This document shows, in pieces, positions 8,521 to 19,003 of a stretch of 64,000 nt of DNA. The translations under genes and the position numbers were made by a program. Where the stretch lies: NCBI GenBank assembly GCA_944332525.1, contig CALVKD010000022.1, forward strand, positions 2,392 through 66,391, read 5' to 3'. A model generated the notes under the pieces. It was not told the DNA's origin, searched no databases, and saw only the letters and a program-made list of their open reading frames with translations. The stretch comes from an uncultured Bacilli bacterium (lineage in GTDB: Bacteria; Bacillota_I; Bacilli_A; RFN20; CAG-449). Every line of letters starts with the position of its first letter. Within the stretch, counting starts at the first letter, position 1.

Positions 8521-10877
8521 TTGTTACCTCCCCTACTGATCAAATCGTTTTGATCAGGTATTTGATTAAATAATTTATGTTGTTGATCGTTTAAGTAAAA
8601 GCGGAATGCATTCATGCCCATCGCCATTGGAACGCATTTAGCTAATGCCTCGGCAAATTGATTTTCTGAAGGAGTTAAATTTTGACCGCTTAAGCAGGCA
8701 TAAGCGATATCCGCAGTTATTTCTTCACTTAGTGATTCATCATTTAATTTAGAAATATCAAGAGAAGAATTATTATATCCTCCTCCATAGAAACTCACCG
8801 CGGTGCAGAGATAATTTTTGCTATCTTCGTTATAGACTAAATTTTGGTTTTTAGCTAATTTCAGTAAAAGATTCTTGATTGGAAAATAGTTATCAATAGT
8901 TATCTTTTCTCCGTCTCCGAATTCACCTAAGAGCTGACCTAGTCTTTCTTCAATCAAGCACGAAGCATCAAGCGAAGCAATATCTTTATAGTCGTAGAAA
9001 CGGACATCGCCTTCTAAAGAGAGATTAACGCCTTTTTGAGTTCCAGAGATCTTATTTGGAAGAACTGGGTCTTCAAGTAATAAATCGAGAAGCTCTTTAA
9101 CAAAGGAAGGCAAGCCGTTATAGAGATAGATTCCGTTAAAATAAGTATCAAAAGCAATAGAGAACAATCCGGATTGATAGAAATATGTATCTTTGATAGT
9201 CGCATTAGTTTTTTCATCGCTAACATTATCTAAGGCGCTTTGGGTTTGTGATAAAGTCTGCTGAGAAATGTTATTATTGTCAAATAACGATGTGTAATAA
9301 GAATCAGCGTTAAATCCTTGATTTCCGTTTAAAAATTCTCCGCTGGTTAGATTATAGTTCTGATTATTATAATTTATAGTTATATTTTTATTTTCATCAA
9401 CTTGGGTGTATTCATTATTGCCGATTTTGAAAAGAAATTCTCTTGTCTGCATTAGTAGGCAGTTATCGAGTAAGAAGTCATCGCTTGAGAAAACTCTAAC
9501 CCCAGTTCGACCGTTTTTGATAATAGAATTTTTTATTGTAACGTTATTTCCTTTAACATCAATGACTGTGCCGGTGAATTCAAGGTTGTAGAGATTATCT
9601 AAGTTGTTGATATTCTGAATTTTGAGATCATTAACTGTGATATTGTCGCCATCAACATACATATTGACATTATCTTGACCATAAGCTTTGACAAATGGAT
9701 AATCAAATAAACCTAAACTGACAAATGTTAGAGGTCCGGTAAATAAATCGCCTTTTTCTTTGGAAGGGGTCAATTTTCCAGTATATTGATCAATCTCGCC
9801 GTTTTTAGGGTAAGCCAATTCATGGATAGAAATATTAAATCCATTACCGTAAAAATCTTTTTGAACGTGGATAGCCGCGTACAGATAGCTATGCTCAAGA
9901 TAATCATCTTTAAAATACTGTTTGATGTATTCATGGTTATATGTCGTTTCAAATTGATAAACTTCACTTATAAAATTGAAACTTTTCGAAGTAAAATCAT
10001 AATTGCCAAATAATTTTGTATCAGAACTTAAATATTCATTGATATAATTACCGTTTTCGTCTTGCTTATAAGTGTTTTGTAATGATTCGAGATTGGTCTG
10101 TAAACAGACGATTTCGCCATTTTCGCTTTTATTCGTGCAGGATAATAGGTCATTATAGTCATAGACATTTATGCCGTTTTCCACGATTGAGAAGGTATAA
10201 TTTGAGGTGATAAAAGCATTATTCCCCGCGCTTAATTCTAAATAAGCTTCGCCAGATCCATTAAAATAAATAACATTATCGACTAATGATATATTTGGTG
10301 AAATATTCTTAATTAAATAGCTTTGATCGCTATCTTCCGGCAATATTTTGACCTCAATTTCAAAACTAGCTAAAGTCTTTTTGTTGATATCGTGATCTTG
10401 TAAATCATATTGTCCAAAATATCTTTTTTTAGCAATTGAAGATGAAGAGGAGGCGATGTTTTTAGGATTGATGATGACCGCGCCATCTTCGTAAATAATG
10501 GCATTAAAAGATTTTGTCACAGTTTTTTTCTCGTTTTGACAGGTAATTATGACCTCACCTTCATTTAAAGCGAAAAGATAGTATTCATTGTTTTGTTTTT
10601 CAATTTTGGCATAGTCATTATCCGTGTCATCTTTATTGTCAACTGTCCAAACTAAATCATTGCCAGGGGCTAAGGTAAAGTTTTTATCAATAATCGGTTC
10701 AGCCGATAATAAATACCCATCACTAGAAATTTTATAGCCTTCATTTTCTTGATAATTCCAGGATATTCCCGTGATATCGACTTCTAAAGTATTTTTTAAG
10801 ATGGTGATATTGACAAAACCGAGAATTGCGATGACAAAAGGAATTAATAATAAGACGAATAAGGTTTTATTTTTCAT
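8517..10877 (-). CDS. Large secreted or membrane-anchored protein with right-handed parallel beta-helix (PbH1-like) repeats
   Basis: N-terminal hydrophobic signal/anchor. Repeats such as VTIKNSIIKNGRTGVRVFSSDDFLLDNCLL are typical of pectate-lyase-fold beta-helices. Asn/Tyr-rich. 4-nt overlaps on both sides. Confidence 0.5.
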   Translation of the reverse strand: MKNKTLFVLLLIPFVIAILGFVNITILKNTLEVDITGISWNYQENEGYKISSDGYLLSAEPIIDKNFTLAPGNDLVWTVDNKDDTDNDYAKIEKQNNEYYLFALNEGEVIITCQNEKKTVTKSFNAIIYEDGAVIINPKNIASSSSSIAKKRYFGQYDLQDHDINKKTLASFEIEVKILPEDSDQSYLIKNISPNISLVDNVIYFNGSGEAYLELSAGNNAFITSNYTFSIVENGINVYDYNDLLSCTNKSENGEIVCLQTNLESLQNTYKQDENGNYINEYLSSDTKLFGNYDFTSKSFNFISEVYQFETTYNHEYIKQYFKDDYLEHSYLYAAIHVQKDFYGNGFNISIHELAYPKNGEIDQYTGKLTPSKEKGDLFTGPLTFVSLGLFDYPFVKAYGQDNVNMYVDGDNITVNDLKIQNINNLDNLYNLEFTGTVIDVKGNNVTIKNSIIKNGRTGVRVFSSDDFLLDNCLLMQTREFLFKIGNNEYTQVDENKNITINYNNQNYNLTSGEFLNGNQGFNADSYYTSLFDNNNISQQTLSQTQSALDNVSDEKTNATIKDTYFYQSGLFSIAFDTYFNGIYLYNGLPSFVKELLDLLLEDPVLPNKISGTQKGVNLSLEGDVRFYDYKDIASLDASCLIEERLGQLLGEFGDGEKITIDNYFPIKNLLLKLAKNQNLVYNEDSKNYLCTAVSFYGGGYNNSSLDISKLNDESLSEEITADIAYACLSGQNLTPSENQFAEALAKCVPMAMGMNAFRFYLNDQQHKLFNQIPDQNDLISRGGNK

Positions 10878-12478
10878 AGCAATTCACCTCCAATATCGAG
10901 ATAACCCCTAAGAACAATTCTTTTGAAAAAGATAATTAATGTTATCAAAAGTGCTGAAAATAATGCGCTTTCGATTAAATAAATTTCCCATGCTTTAATC
11001 TTCAAAAACGTTAAAGCAAAATGGATAAATGCTAAAATTAACGGCAAAGCTAACCCGTATATTGATGAAAGCGAGGATTTAGAACTAGGATTTCTACTTT
11101 TAAGAATGCGAATATTATCGTATAAGCCGATAAGATTTAAACTGATAATAAAAACTAATCCTAAAAATAAAGATACGAAGAAAACATTTAAAGAAATATT
11201 GCTTGAAGAAATTAATATAATTAAAGAAATAATTAACGATAAAGAAGAAATGCAGGACGGAATTAATATTTTTATTAAACACTGATAAATAGGGGAAATC
11301 GGAATAGTTTTACTGACGATTAAACCTTTGCCTTCTCTTTTTAAAGCATACATTGATTGAGAGGCGATTACCGAAGAAAAGAGAAGAATTAAGGTGATGT
11401 TCAAAGCATTAATCAATTCCGGATAGTAAGTTAATAACATTTCCATATTTACATAGAGTAACGAAGTTAGTGAGGAGATAACGACGTAGGTAAAAAATGG
11501 CTGCATGATTAATAATGAAACATAGGAAGATAGATCATTTGATCCGCGGAAAACTAAAATTAATTCTTTTTTTATCAAAGAAACAAAGATAGAGTCCTTT
11601 TTTACTTTGTTAATGATTTGTTTCTTCTTTTTTTCTTTTGAATCCGTTAGATAAAGATGATAAAAAGTTTCAATTAAGATAAAGGCCAAAGCTAATAAAA
11701 TCATCGTCATTCCTAAATAAATAGCTAAGGAAGAAAGAAGGTTGTCTTGCTTAATAAAGACATCAAGCAGCGAAGATAGAGGAAAGGCGTATTTTGATAA
11801 AGAATCTAAAAAAACGATGAAATCTTGGTTGAAGAGATAATCTAATTTCGAATTATTAATGATATTAAGAAAGAGATTTAAAACAAATTGATAAAGGTAG
11901 CAAAGAACGATAACAATAGCCGCGCTTATCAAGATTTGTAATAAATAATGTTTCTTTAAATAATCGATAAAATATTTATAAGGTATTAATAAAATAAAAG
12001 TTAAAGCCGAGGTAATTAATGAAGCAAAAAATGGATAAAGCGCGCTGAGGACGTAATATGATGCGATGTAGATATTATTAATTCCGTAACTGATAAATAA
12101 CGGAAATGAAAAGAGAAATAGAGTTGCCGTTTCACTTAAATAAATCATCAAAAATTTGGCAATGATTAAATCATCTTTGACCAGTGGTCGGTAGCTTAGC
12201 AATAAAATATCTTTTTCATTAAATAAGAAACGATAGGCTTTATTTAATGAAGAAAATATTGCAAGTAAAGCAACTAAAAGTAAGAATAAGACTAAAAATC
12301 CATAATTAGATCCCTTTGAGAATACTTCAATCTTTTTATTTACTGAAATAAAGATAAAAGTTTCCAAAGCGATAAATAAGGCGCAAAGCAAAAGAGAAGA
12401 AATAATCTTTATAATTCTCCTTTTTTTATTAACCTCATTTTGTTCTTTGAAATCTTTAATCAGTAAATCAAGAATCAT
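10874..12478 (-). CDS. ABC transporter permease (polytopic, roughly 10-12 TM)
   Basis: Highly hydrophobic throughout with many predicted helices. Directly downstream of, and overlapping, an ABC ATPase gene. Confidence 0.6.
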   Translation of the reverse strand: MILDLLIKDFKEQNEVNKKRRIIKIISSLLLCALFIALETFIFISVNKKIEVFSKGSNYGFLVLFLLLVALLAIFSSLNKAYRFLFNEKDILLLSYRPLVKDDLIIAKFLMIYLSETATLFLFSFPLFISYGINNIYIASYYVLSALYPFFASLITSALTFILLIPYKYFIDYLKKHYLLQILISAAIVIVLCYLYQFVLNLFLNIINNSKLDYLFNQDFIVFLDSLSKYAFPLSSLLDVFIKQDNLLSSLAIYLGMTMILLALAFILIETFYHLYLTDSKEKKKKQIINKVKKDSIFVSLIKKELILVFRGSNDLSSYVSLLIMQPFFTYVVISSLTSLLYVNMEMLLTYYPELINALNITLILLFSSVIASQSMYALKREGKGLIVSKTIPISPIYQCLIKILIPSCISSLSLIISLIILISSSNISLNVFFVSLFLGLVFIISLNLIGLYDNIRILKSRNPSSKSSLSSIYGLALPLILAFIHFALTFLKIKAWEIYLIESALFSALLITLIIFFKRIVLRGYLDIGGELL

Positions 12479-13206
12479 AATTTTTCTCCGTAAACCTTAA
12501 AGAAAATGGTTTTTAAATTCTTTCTTTTGAACGGCTCCTTGTTTAAATCAATTAAAAGATCAATTTTTCCGTCATTGATAATTGCGACGCGGTCGCAGAT
12601 TTCTGCGACTAAGTCAATATTATGGGAAGTAACAAAAATCGTATTCTTATTTTGAACATAGCTTTTCATCATTTTGACTAATGTTTCATAAACGATGATA
12701 TCTAATCCGACAGTCGGTTCATCGAGAACCCAAAGCGATGGATTATGAATTAAAGAAGCCATTAAACAGATTTTTTGTTTCATGCCATGCGAATATTCTT
12801 TAATTGGGCGAAGCAAATCTTCATCGGCTAATTCAAATTTATTTTTTAAAAAGTTAAAATTGCTTTCAAAGGCTTCTTGGCTCATTTGATAGCAGGAGGC
12901 GATAAATTCAAGATATTCTTTTCCGCTCATGATTTCATAAGTAAGAGGTTCACTTGGAACATAGCCAAAATTGTTTTTGACTTCTAAAGGTTTGGTTTTA
13001 ATATCGAGATTATCAATTAAAATTTGACCTTCATTAAATCTTTTTAAACCAATCATGCAATCAATTAATGTCGACTTACCCGCGCCATTTTTGCCTAATA
13101 AGCCAAAAATTTCTCCTTTATCTACGCTTAAAGAGATTCCTTTTAGGACCTCTTTATTGCCATATGATTTGTGAAGGTTAATTATTTCAATTGCTTTATT
13201 TTCCAT
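12475..13206 (-). CDS. ABC transporter ATP-binding protein
   Basis: Walker A GKNGAGKST, signature YSHGMKQK, Walker B WVLDEP, H-loop SHN. Confidence 0.85.
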   Translation of the reverse strand: MENKAIEIINLHKSYGNKEVLKGISLSVDKGEIFGLLGKNGAGKSTLIDCMIGLKRFNEGQILIDNLDIKTKPLEVKNNFGYVPSEPLTYEIMSGKEYLEFIASCYQMSQEAFESNFNFLKNKFELADEDLLRPIKEYSHGMKQKICLMASLIHNPSLWVLDEPTVGLDIIVYETLVKMMKSYVQNKNTIFVTSHNIDLVAEICDRVAIINDGKIDLLIDLNKEPFKRKNLKTIFFKVYGEKL

Positions 13207-14524
13207 ATAAGCCTCCCCAGAGAGATTTTAACCAGATTAATTTTGCTTGACCTTTATTAATAAGTGCGAGAGAAGAATTGCAGTTAGGGCAGAAAAAGTT
13301 ATCTTGATCGAAACGTTTATCTTCCTTTAAAGAGAGTTTTCCGCAGATAGGACATTTTTTAGATAACGAGCCTTTGACTGTTAGCCTTAATGATAAGAAG
13401 ATATCATCTAAGCTAACCCGTGAATCTTTTTTAGACAAAACATCAATCTCTAAGATATTCTTATTTTGTTTAGATTTATTTATTTGACAGATATAGAATA
13501 CATTATCAAATTCTTCAAAGATTGCTTCATCTAATTCTTCTTTGATTATGATTAAGTTTTTTGTATAGTTATCACCATATTTAACTTCAAGATAAAGATA
13601 ATTGTCGATTTTGTTAAATTTATATGTAAATCCATCTTTAGAGCAAATTAAATCAGTTATTTGAATTTGATTATCGCTAAAAGTGAGCGATGATGTTTTA
13701 TTAAAGCGATATTTATTTTCAATTAAAGTTTCTAAAATTTTTAAGGTTACGTAATTTACAAACATCGAATCATCATTATTTCTTTTAAGATTAGTTCGAT
13801 AAAAGCGGTAGAGATAATAATACTTTTGATCATGTAATAAGATATTTGTTGGAATAATCGGTAAAGATATTGTTTCTTTTGATAAGAGTTTATAAAACGA
13901 TGTCTGTTCAATCCTTTTCCCTTTCGCGTATACTTTGTTAATCAATTGATTGTCTTGATTATCATCGCTAAGTAAGGCGGAAATATTTTTATTATTCTCC
14001 GTGATATCGTTTACTAAACTGTTTTCAGAAAAAGTTATCTGTTCTTGCTTATAAAGATTCTCTAAGGAATTTCCTAACGGATTATCTTTATAGAATTTAT
14101 TGATGTCTTGCATCAACAAATTAAAAACATAGATTACAAATTTGTTTTCATAAGTGATGATATCTTCTTTGGAAGATTTACTATAAACGTATTCAGGAGC
14201 TAAATTTTGACCCTTTCTTTTCCACAGAGAAGAATCGCGTAAGGTATTGATATAGTCTTCATTATCAATTTGATAAGACTGTTCGCTTCTAATTAATAAA
14301 GTCTCAGGACTATTTAAATAATGCGGTGATGAAGCGATAGAAAGAATAACATCAAAAAGATAGTTAATGTCTTTGATATAACTATTAAGCAGAGAATTAG
14401 TGTTGTTTGTTAAATGAATTTTATCATCGTTTAATAATTCTTCAAACGTTGTTAAAGAAACACAGTTAGAAAGATAACTGGTTAATTCATCATTCAATTT
14501 TGCGTAATAGTTAATTTCTTTCAT
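13196..14524 (-). CDS. Hypothetical protein with a candidate PD-(D/E)xK nuclease-like motif and a C-terminal C4 zinc ribbon; possible McrC-like partner of the upstream McrB-family NTPase
   Basis: C-terminal CPICGK...CPNC. SKDGFTYKFNKIDNYLYLEVKYG gives a D...hhhEhK pattern. Starts 1 nt after the McrB-like gene and overlaps the ABC ATPase gene. Confidence 0.35.
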   Translation of the reverse strand: MKEINYYAKLNDELTSYLSNCVSLTTFEELLNDDKIHLTNNTNSLLNSYIKDINYLFDVILSIASSPHYLNSPETLLIRSEQSYQIDNEDYINTLRDSSLWKRKGQNLAPEYVYSKSSKEDIITYENKFVIYVFNLLMQDINKFYKDNPLGNSLENLYKQEQITFSENSLVNDITENNKNISALLSDDNQDNQLINKVYAKGKRIEQTSFYKLLSKETISLPIIPTNILLHDQKYYYLYRFYRTNLKRNNDDSMFVNYVTLKILETLIENKYRFNKTSSLTFSDNQIQITDLICSKDGFTYKFNKIDNYLYLEVKYGDNYTKNLIIIKEELDEAIFEEFDNVFYICQINKSKQNKNILEIDVLSKKDSRVSLDDIFLSLRLTVKGSLSKKCPICGKLSLKEDKRFDQDNFFCPNCNSSLALINKGQAKLIWLKSLWGGLYGK

Positions 14525-14525
14525 C

Positions 14526-16370
14526 TTAGAATCTTCTTAATAGTTTTTTTATGAATTGCTTAGATAATGTAAAATCTTCTTTTGAATAAGTTTTGTTAAT
14601 TAAATCAAGTAAGTCTTCTAAACCTTGTTCGACATAGTCTTCAAAGCGTCCATCGAGTTTATTTAAGATTTTACGGCAGAGCATAAAATCAAGAGCGTCT
14701 TCTTTTCTTCCTCCAGCAGCAACAAAAACTGGGGTGAACAGAATAATTTGGTTGAGAATACGGTTACCAAATGTTACATCAAATGTCTCATAGATATAAT
14801 CTGTAAGGATTTTAAATTTTGCTAAATCATCTTTTGATAATTGATAATCTTCGTTATTTTGAGCTTCAGAGAATAAAGACTGCAATTTGCTATAGGAGAG
14901 AGTGATTTTCTCTGTTTCTCCTTCTACTGGGAAATAATCATTTTGCTCATTAAAGGAAATAGTGATAGCCCGGTCATAGACTTTATCAGTGATGGTATAA
15001 GTCGAGTCATCTTTATTAGCAGTTCCGATAAAATAAGTTGTCGGAGCGATATCGAGAATTCCATTTTCTAAATGATCTGGTGCAGTAAAATTAAACGGCA
15101 AGTTCATGATTTTTAATTTCCATTGATCAATAGGATATTCAAGAATTGATAAGAAATCAGCAAAGTAATATTCAACGCGCGAGATATTCATTTCATCAAG
15201 AACCATGATATTGATATGGTTATCTCTATAAGTAGCTTGATATAAACGCTTTAAGAATTCTGTTTCATTATAAGATTTAGAGAAATCATTATAGTAACCT
15301 AATAATGATGTTCTATCTCTCCATGTTGCTTGTACTGGAGTAAAGAAAGACTCTTCGCTGATAAATTCTGAGAAATATCTCGCTAATGAAGATTTACCGG
15401 TTCCTGATAAACCTTCAAGAATGATTAATCTTGAGGCTGATAAAGCTGAAATAAAGCAGCGGATAGTATTGATATCAAAATAGAGTTTTTCTTCTTTAGC
15501 TAAATAATTTCTAAATTTGGTAACTAAGTCAGGTAAGGTAATATCATCATTAAATTCTTCATTTTGATATGTTGCTAAGACATCAATTTCACATAGAGAA
15601 GGGAAAACCTTTTCTTTAGTGAGTTCTTCATTATCGGATATAGGTGAAGCAACAGCTTGGTTAACTAAGGATGAATTATTAACTGAAGCTGCAGAAGAAG
15701 GTGAAACTTCACCAAAAGTTTCTGCTAGATGACCTTGTTTAACTTGGTCATTGAGTTCTTTTTCTTCTTGTTTCCTTTCTTCGCTTTCTTGCTCTTTTGT
15801 TTCTTTATTGAAGAAGCGGAAAGGTTTATCAATTGATTTTAAATTGATAACTAGCATTGCTGCGAATAAAACAATTGAGCCGAGAATAATGAAAATAATT
15901 AATCCGACAAATAAGGATTCTAGAACGAATAAAAAGGAATTTCCAACATATTCCCAGTTAACCGGAATATGAGCGATAATGCCAATTACTGACGCTAAAA
16001 TAAGGCAGATAAAGAATGTTGCAACATAAATGCCTATCCATTTTAATGATGCAGCTTTTTCTTCATAATATTTAGCTAAACGCATTTCATAGATAAATGC
16101 CGCGGCAAATAGTAATGAATAAACGATTACCATGCTAAATAAAATATATGTACCAAATGAGGCATCAATGCTCGGTAAGGATAATATTTTTCCTAGCATC
16201 TGAATTGGATTATCTTCTTTCATTAAGCCTTTTGCGTCTAGACATAATCCTGAAAATACAGTGACTAGTAAATAGAAATAAACTATCGCTAGAGCAATAA
16301 AGTTTTTTCTTGTGAAATGTGTTTTAAATCTCGGTTTTTCCATGTTTATTTCCTCCATCTCCATAAGCAC
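14526..16370 (-). CDS. Membrane-anchored McrB-family AAA+ GTPase/ATPase (4 N-terminal TM helices, charged linker, C-terminal AAA_5/McrB-like domain)
   Basis: GTG start (ORF-track M). Four hydrophobic helices in the first ~180 aa, then an E/K-rich linker. Walker A ILEGLSGTGKSSLA. Walker B MVLDEMNISR resembles McrB DEINRAN. IGTANKDDS resembles the McrB NTAD motif MNTADRS. Confidence 0.55.
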   Translation of the reverse strand: MLMEMEEINMEKPRFKTHFTRKNFIALAIVYFYLLVTVFSGLCLDAKGLMKEDNPIQMLGKILSLPSIDASFGTYILFSMVIVYSLLFAAAFIYEMRLAKYYEEKAASLKWIGIYVATFFICLILASVIGIIAHIPVNWEYVGNSFLFVLESLFVGLIIFIILGSIVLFAAMLVINLKSIDKPFRFFNKETKEQESEERKQEEKELNDQVKQGHLAETFGEVSPSSAASVNNSSLVNQAVASPISDNEELTKEKVFPSLCEIDVLATYQNEEFNDDITLPDLVTKFRNYLAKEEKLYFDINTIRCFISALSASRLIILEGLSGTGKSSLARYFSEFISEESFFTPVQATWRDRTSLLGYYNDFSKSYNETEFLKRLYQATYRDNHINIMVLDEMNISRVEYYFADFLSILEYPIDQWKLKIMNLPFNFTAPDHLENGILDIAPTTYFIGTANKDDSTYTITDKVYDRAITISFNEQNDYFPVEGETEKITLSYSKLQSLFSEAQNNEDYQLSKDDLAKFKILTDYIYETFDVTFGNRILNQIILFTPVFVAAGGRKEDALDFMLCRKILNKLDGRFEDYVEQGLEDLLDLINKTYSKEDFTLSKQFIKKLLRRF

Positions 16371-19000
16371 ATTGTTGTATCAAAATAGAATTGACCATAA
16401 CCAGCAGTTATTGGTGTCGCTGATGATGTTTTTTCATATACTACAGTACCATCACTAGTCCAGCTAGGATCCTTATTTTTATCTAGAAGTTCTCTAATGG
16501 AATCAGTACTGTTATATAGACTCTTATCTGAAGCTTTTACAATAACATTATTCAAATAATTATCAATTGTACTGGAAGTATCTTTGAATGTAGAGTTATA
16601 TCTGCTCGCATCTGCGTTGATATTTACATTGTTACCATAGCTACCATATTCAAAAGATGAATTTTCCAAATATGTTATAGATATATTATTTGTCCATAGA
16701 CTATTATCTGTTGGAGCAAGGGGTTTCTCGTCCCAATATCCATATTTAATTGACGCTTCGGCAGTATATGATAAATTCAATGGTAATGCTTCAATAAAAC
16801 TTCCTGCAAAGTTTATGTACCAACGATTATTCTTTTTAACTGCTAAATTTAATGTCATATTTTCATAAACAGGTTCACCAGTTTGGTAATCTGTTGTAGT
16901 TTGGACTTTGATAGTTTGACTAAATACATCATCGGCTGTTTGATATGATTCAGATTTAGAAGGTGTTATTCGAGGAGTAGTATTTCCGTTGTTTGGCCAA
17001 AAGTAGAAATAAGTATTACCGTTTGAATCAGTATAAGTATTATCGTAATAGTTAAATGATGAATTATTATTGTGAGATTTAGGGTAGATAAAGATTGAGG
17101 ATAACGCTCCATCATTTAAATTGTCTAAGATAGCTTTTGTTAGAGCGTCTTTACTTAATCCACCCAAAATAAAATCACGAATTAATTTTGCTATGTCAAC
17201 ATTATCCATGCTACTGCTGCCACGGAAATAACAAGACCAATCATCATCTAGCTTTGAAAATTCAGATGAATTGTTCTTAAAATTGCTGTTATTTGTGAGA
17301 TTAATGTTTCCACCTAATCTGTTATTATTACCGGAAACTGTTAAAGTACCATCAATAGTTACATCCGGTAAGTCTGTAATTTTATTCCATTCGGCATAGA
17401 GAGAATTACTTCCATATGGATTTATTGTATAGTAGACAGGATAAAGGAAATTATTTAAAGTCATCAATCCAGCATTATCGCTAAAATGTACTGACGAGGA
17501 TGTGTCACAATAGACTTTACTTCCTGGGAACATATCAACTCTTTGAGTCCAAGTGAATGATGAACTATGTGTTAATTTTAAGTTAATCCAAGGTGGAATT
17601 GGAAAGTGGACACCAACCATATCTAGTGTTACACCAATTGGTGGTAAACGATCAGACACTGAGAATTCTAAATTCATTTTTAATGAGTTTAACTGTATTT
17701 CCGCATTATTTGCCGTGTATATTTCATCATAATTAACATACGGAAGATATTTTCGATAATCTGTTTTTGTGGAATCAATTGTATGCATGCCTTCAACAGA
17801 ACGAATGATGTAGGAATCAGAAGAATTACGCGTATTTGATAATAGGAATGTATTATCAGGCCCAATAACATTCATAATCGTTCGATTATATGCGCTATAA
17901 GCGAAGAGTTCAGTTAAACCATATAATTTTCCGCCATATTCGAATTTAATGGTTGTATTGATATAAGGCATTGAAAATAACGAGAAAGGAACACTTTTTG
18001 AAGTATATGATCCGACAGTATGTCCGCCGCCACCAAAGTCTTCAACTAAGAAACCAGAATAAATAGAAGCATTATTTTTAACTGTTATCTGACCTTCTCC
18101 TGTTGAATCATAAATCAAGCCATGGCCGTAAATTGTTGATCCATCCTCCATCGTTATGGTATGTCCGTTTAAATCTAAGGCAGTATATTTTCCAGATATG
18201 ACATGGCCAGAAAGTCCAGATCCACTTGTACCATTTTGGGCTTCTAAGACTAATTTTGCATTAGATTCAAGAGTTAAATCATTTTGTAAAACTATAGTGA
18301 TTAAATTATTCGCGGCAGTAACTGCGCTATAAGCATGAGAAGCACTAGCACTGCTTGGATTATTAGTAAAAGTAGTTTCATCAGAATAATTGGTCCCGTC
18401 GTTAAGAACAAATTTTACTGTCTTATTACTAATATTAGTAACGCTTAATGGAACATAAGTATTAATTGCTTCGCCGCTACCATTAGCGCCTGGATCAAAA
18501 ATCGCTGTGCCGCTATTTTGTGAAGTTGGAGATGAGTTATAATTTAATTTTATAACCGGTGCTGAACTATCGTTAATATAGTCTGACATCGTATAAGAAG
18601 AATAATCTTTTTCGACCTTAGTTATTTCAATTTTTGTAATCTTATTGCCGTTAAGAGGATCTTCGATATGGTAATTATTTGAAGAATCATCAAAAAGATA
18701 TTCAGTATTTGTAACTGTTTTATTGTTATAAGAAAGAGTTGTTTTAACTTCTAGTCCTTCAAAATGAGTATCAGTTGAACTCAATGAAAATGGTAAGCTA
18801 ATATCATCACCGATATCACCCATCATTTCATAGGTTTTACCTTGTCCGTCATTAACGATAATTGAGATATCACCGTTTTCCCCGGTCAAAGATACCATAT
18901 TGTTTGTAAGCACGATAAAAGTACCATTGGCTACGATTAAACTAGACATGGTAATAAAGATTAACATTGCTAATAAAGTTTTAAATTTGAAATGTTTCAT
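16346..19000 (-). CDS. Large secreted Asn/Ser/Thr-rich protein, probable beta-helical surface protein
   Basis: N-terminal signal/anchor (LIFITMSSLIVANGTF). Gly-rich repeats (NGTSGSGLSGHVISG...GHTITMEDGSTIYGHGLIYDSTGEG). 884 aa with no catalytic motif recognised. 25-nt overlap with the downstream gene. Confidence 0.45.
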   Translation of the reverse strand: MKHFKFKTLLAMLIFITMSSLIVANGTFIVLTNNMVSLTGENGDISIIVNDGQGKTYEMMGDIGDDISLPFSLSSTDTHFEGLEVKTTLSYNNKTVTNTEYLFDDSSNNYHIEDPLNGNKITKIEITKVEKDYSSYTMSDYINDSSAPVIKLNYNSSPTSQNSGTAIFDPGANGSGEAINTYVPLSVTNISNKTVKFVLNDGTNYSDETTFTNNPSSASASHAYSAVTAANNLITIVLQNDLTLESNAKLVLEAQNGTSGSGLSGHVISGKYTALDLNGHTITMEDGSTIYGHGLIYDSTGEGQITVKNNASIYSGFLVEDFGGGGHTVGSYTSKSVPFSLFSMPYINTTIKFEYGGKLYGLTELFAYSAYNRTIMNVIGPDNTFLLSNTRNSSDSYIIRSVEGMHTIDSTKTDYRKYLPYVNYDEIYTANNAEIQLNSLKMNLEFSVSDRLPPIGVTLDMVGVHFPIPPWINLKLTHSSSFTWTQRVDMFPGSKVYCDTSSSVHFSDNAGLMTLNNFLYPVYYTINPYGSNSLYAEWNKITDLPDVTIDGTLTVSGNNNRLGGNINLTNNSNFKNNSSEFSKLDDDWSCYFRGSSSMDNVDIAKLIRDFILGGLSKDALTKAILDNLNDGALSSIFIYPKSHNNNSSFNYYDNTYTDSNGNTYFYFWPNNGNTTPRITPSKSESYQTADDVFSQTIKVQTTTDYQTGEPVYENMTLNLAVKKNNRWYINFAGSFIEALPLNLSYTAEASIKYGYWDEKPLAPTDNSLWTNNISITYLENSSFEYGSYGNNVNINADASRYNSTFKDTSSTIDNYLNNVIVKASDKSLYNSTDSIRELLDKNKDPSWTSDGTVVYEKTSSATPITAGYGQFYFDTTMCLWRWRK

Positions 19001-19003
19001 CTT

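Noticed and set aside
14526-16370. KAP-family or MoxR-type assignment for the membrane NTPase
   Set aside because: KAP NTPases have TM helices inserted within the P-loop domain and a GxWGxGKS Walker A. MoxR lacks the DEhN(R) and N-x-x-D-x-S boxes seen here. The McrB clade fits better, though this is unverified.
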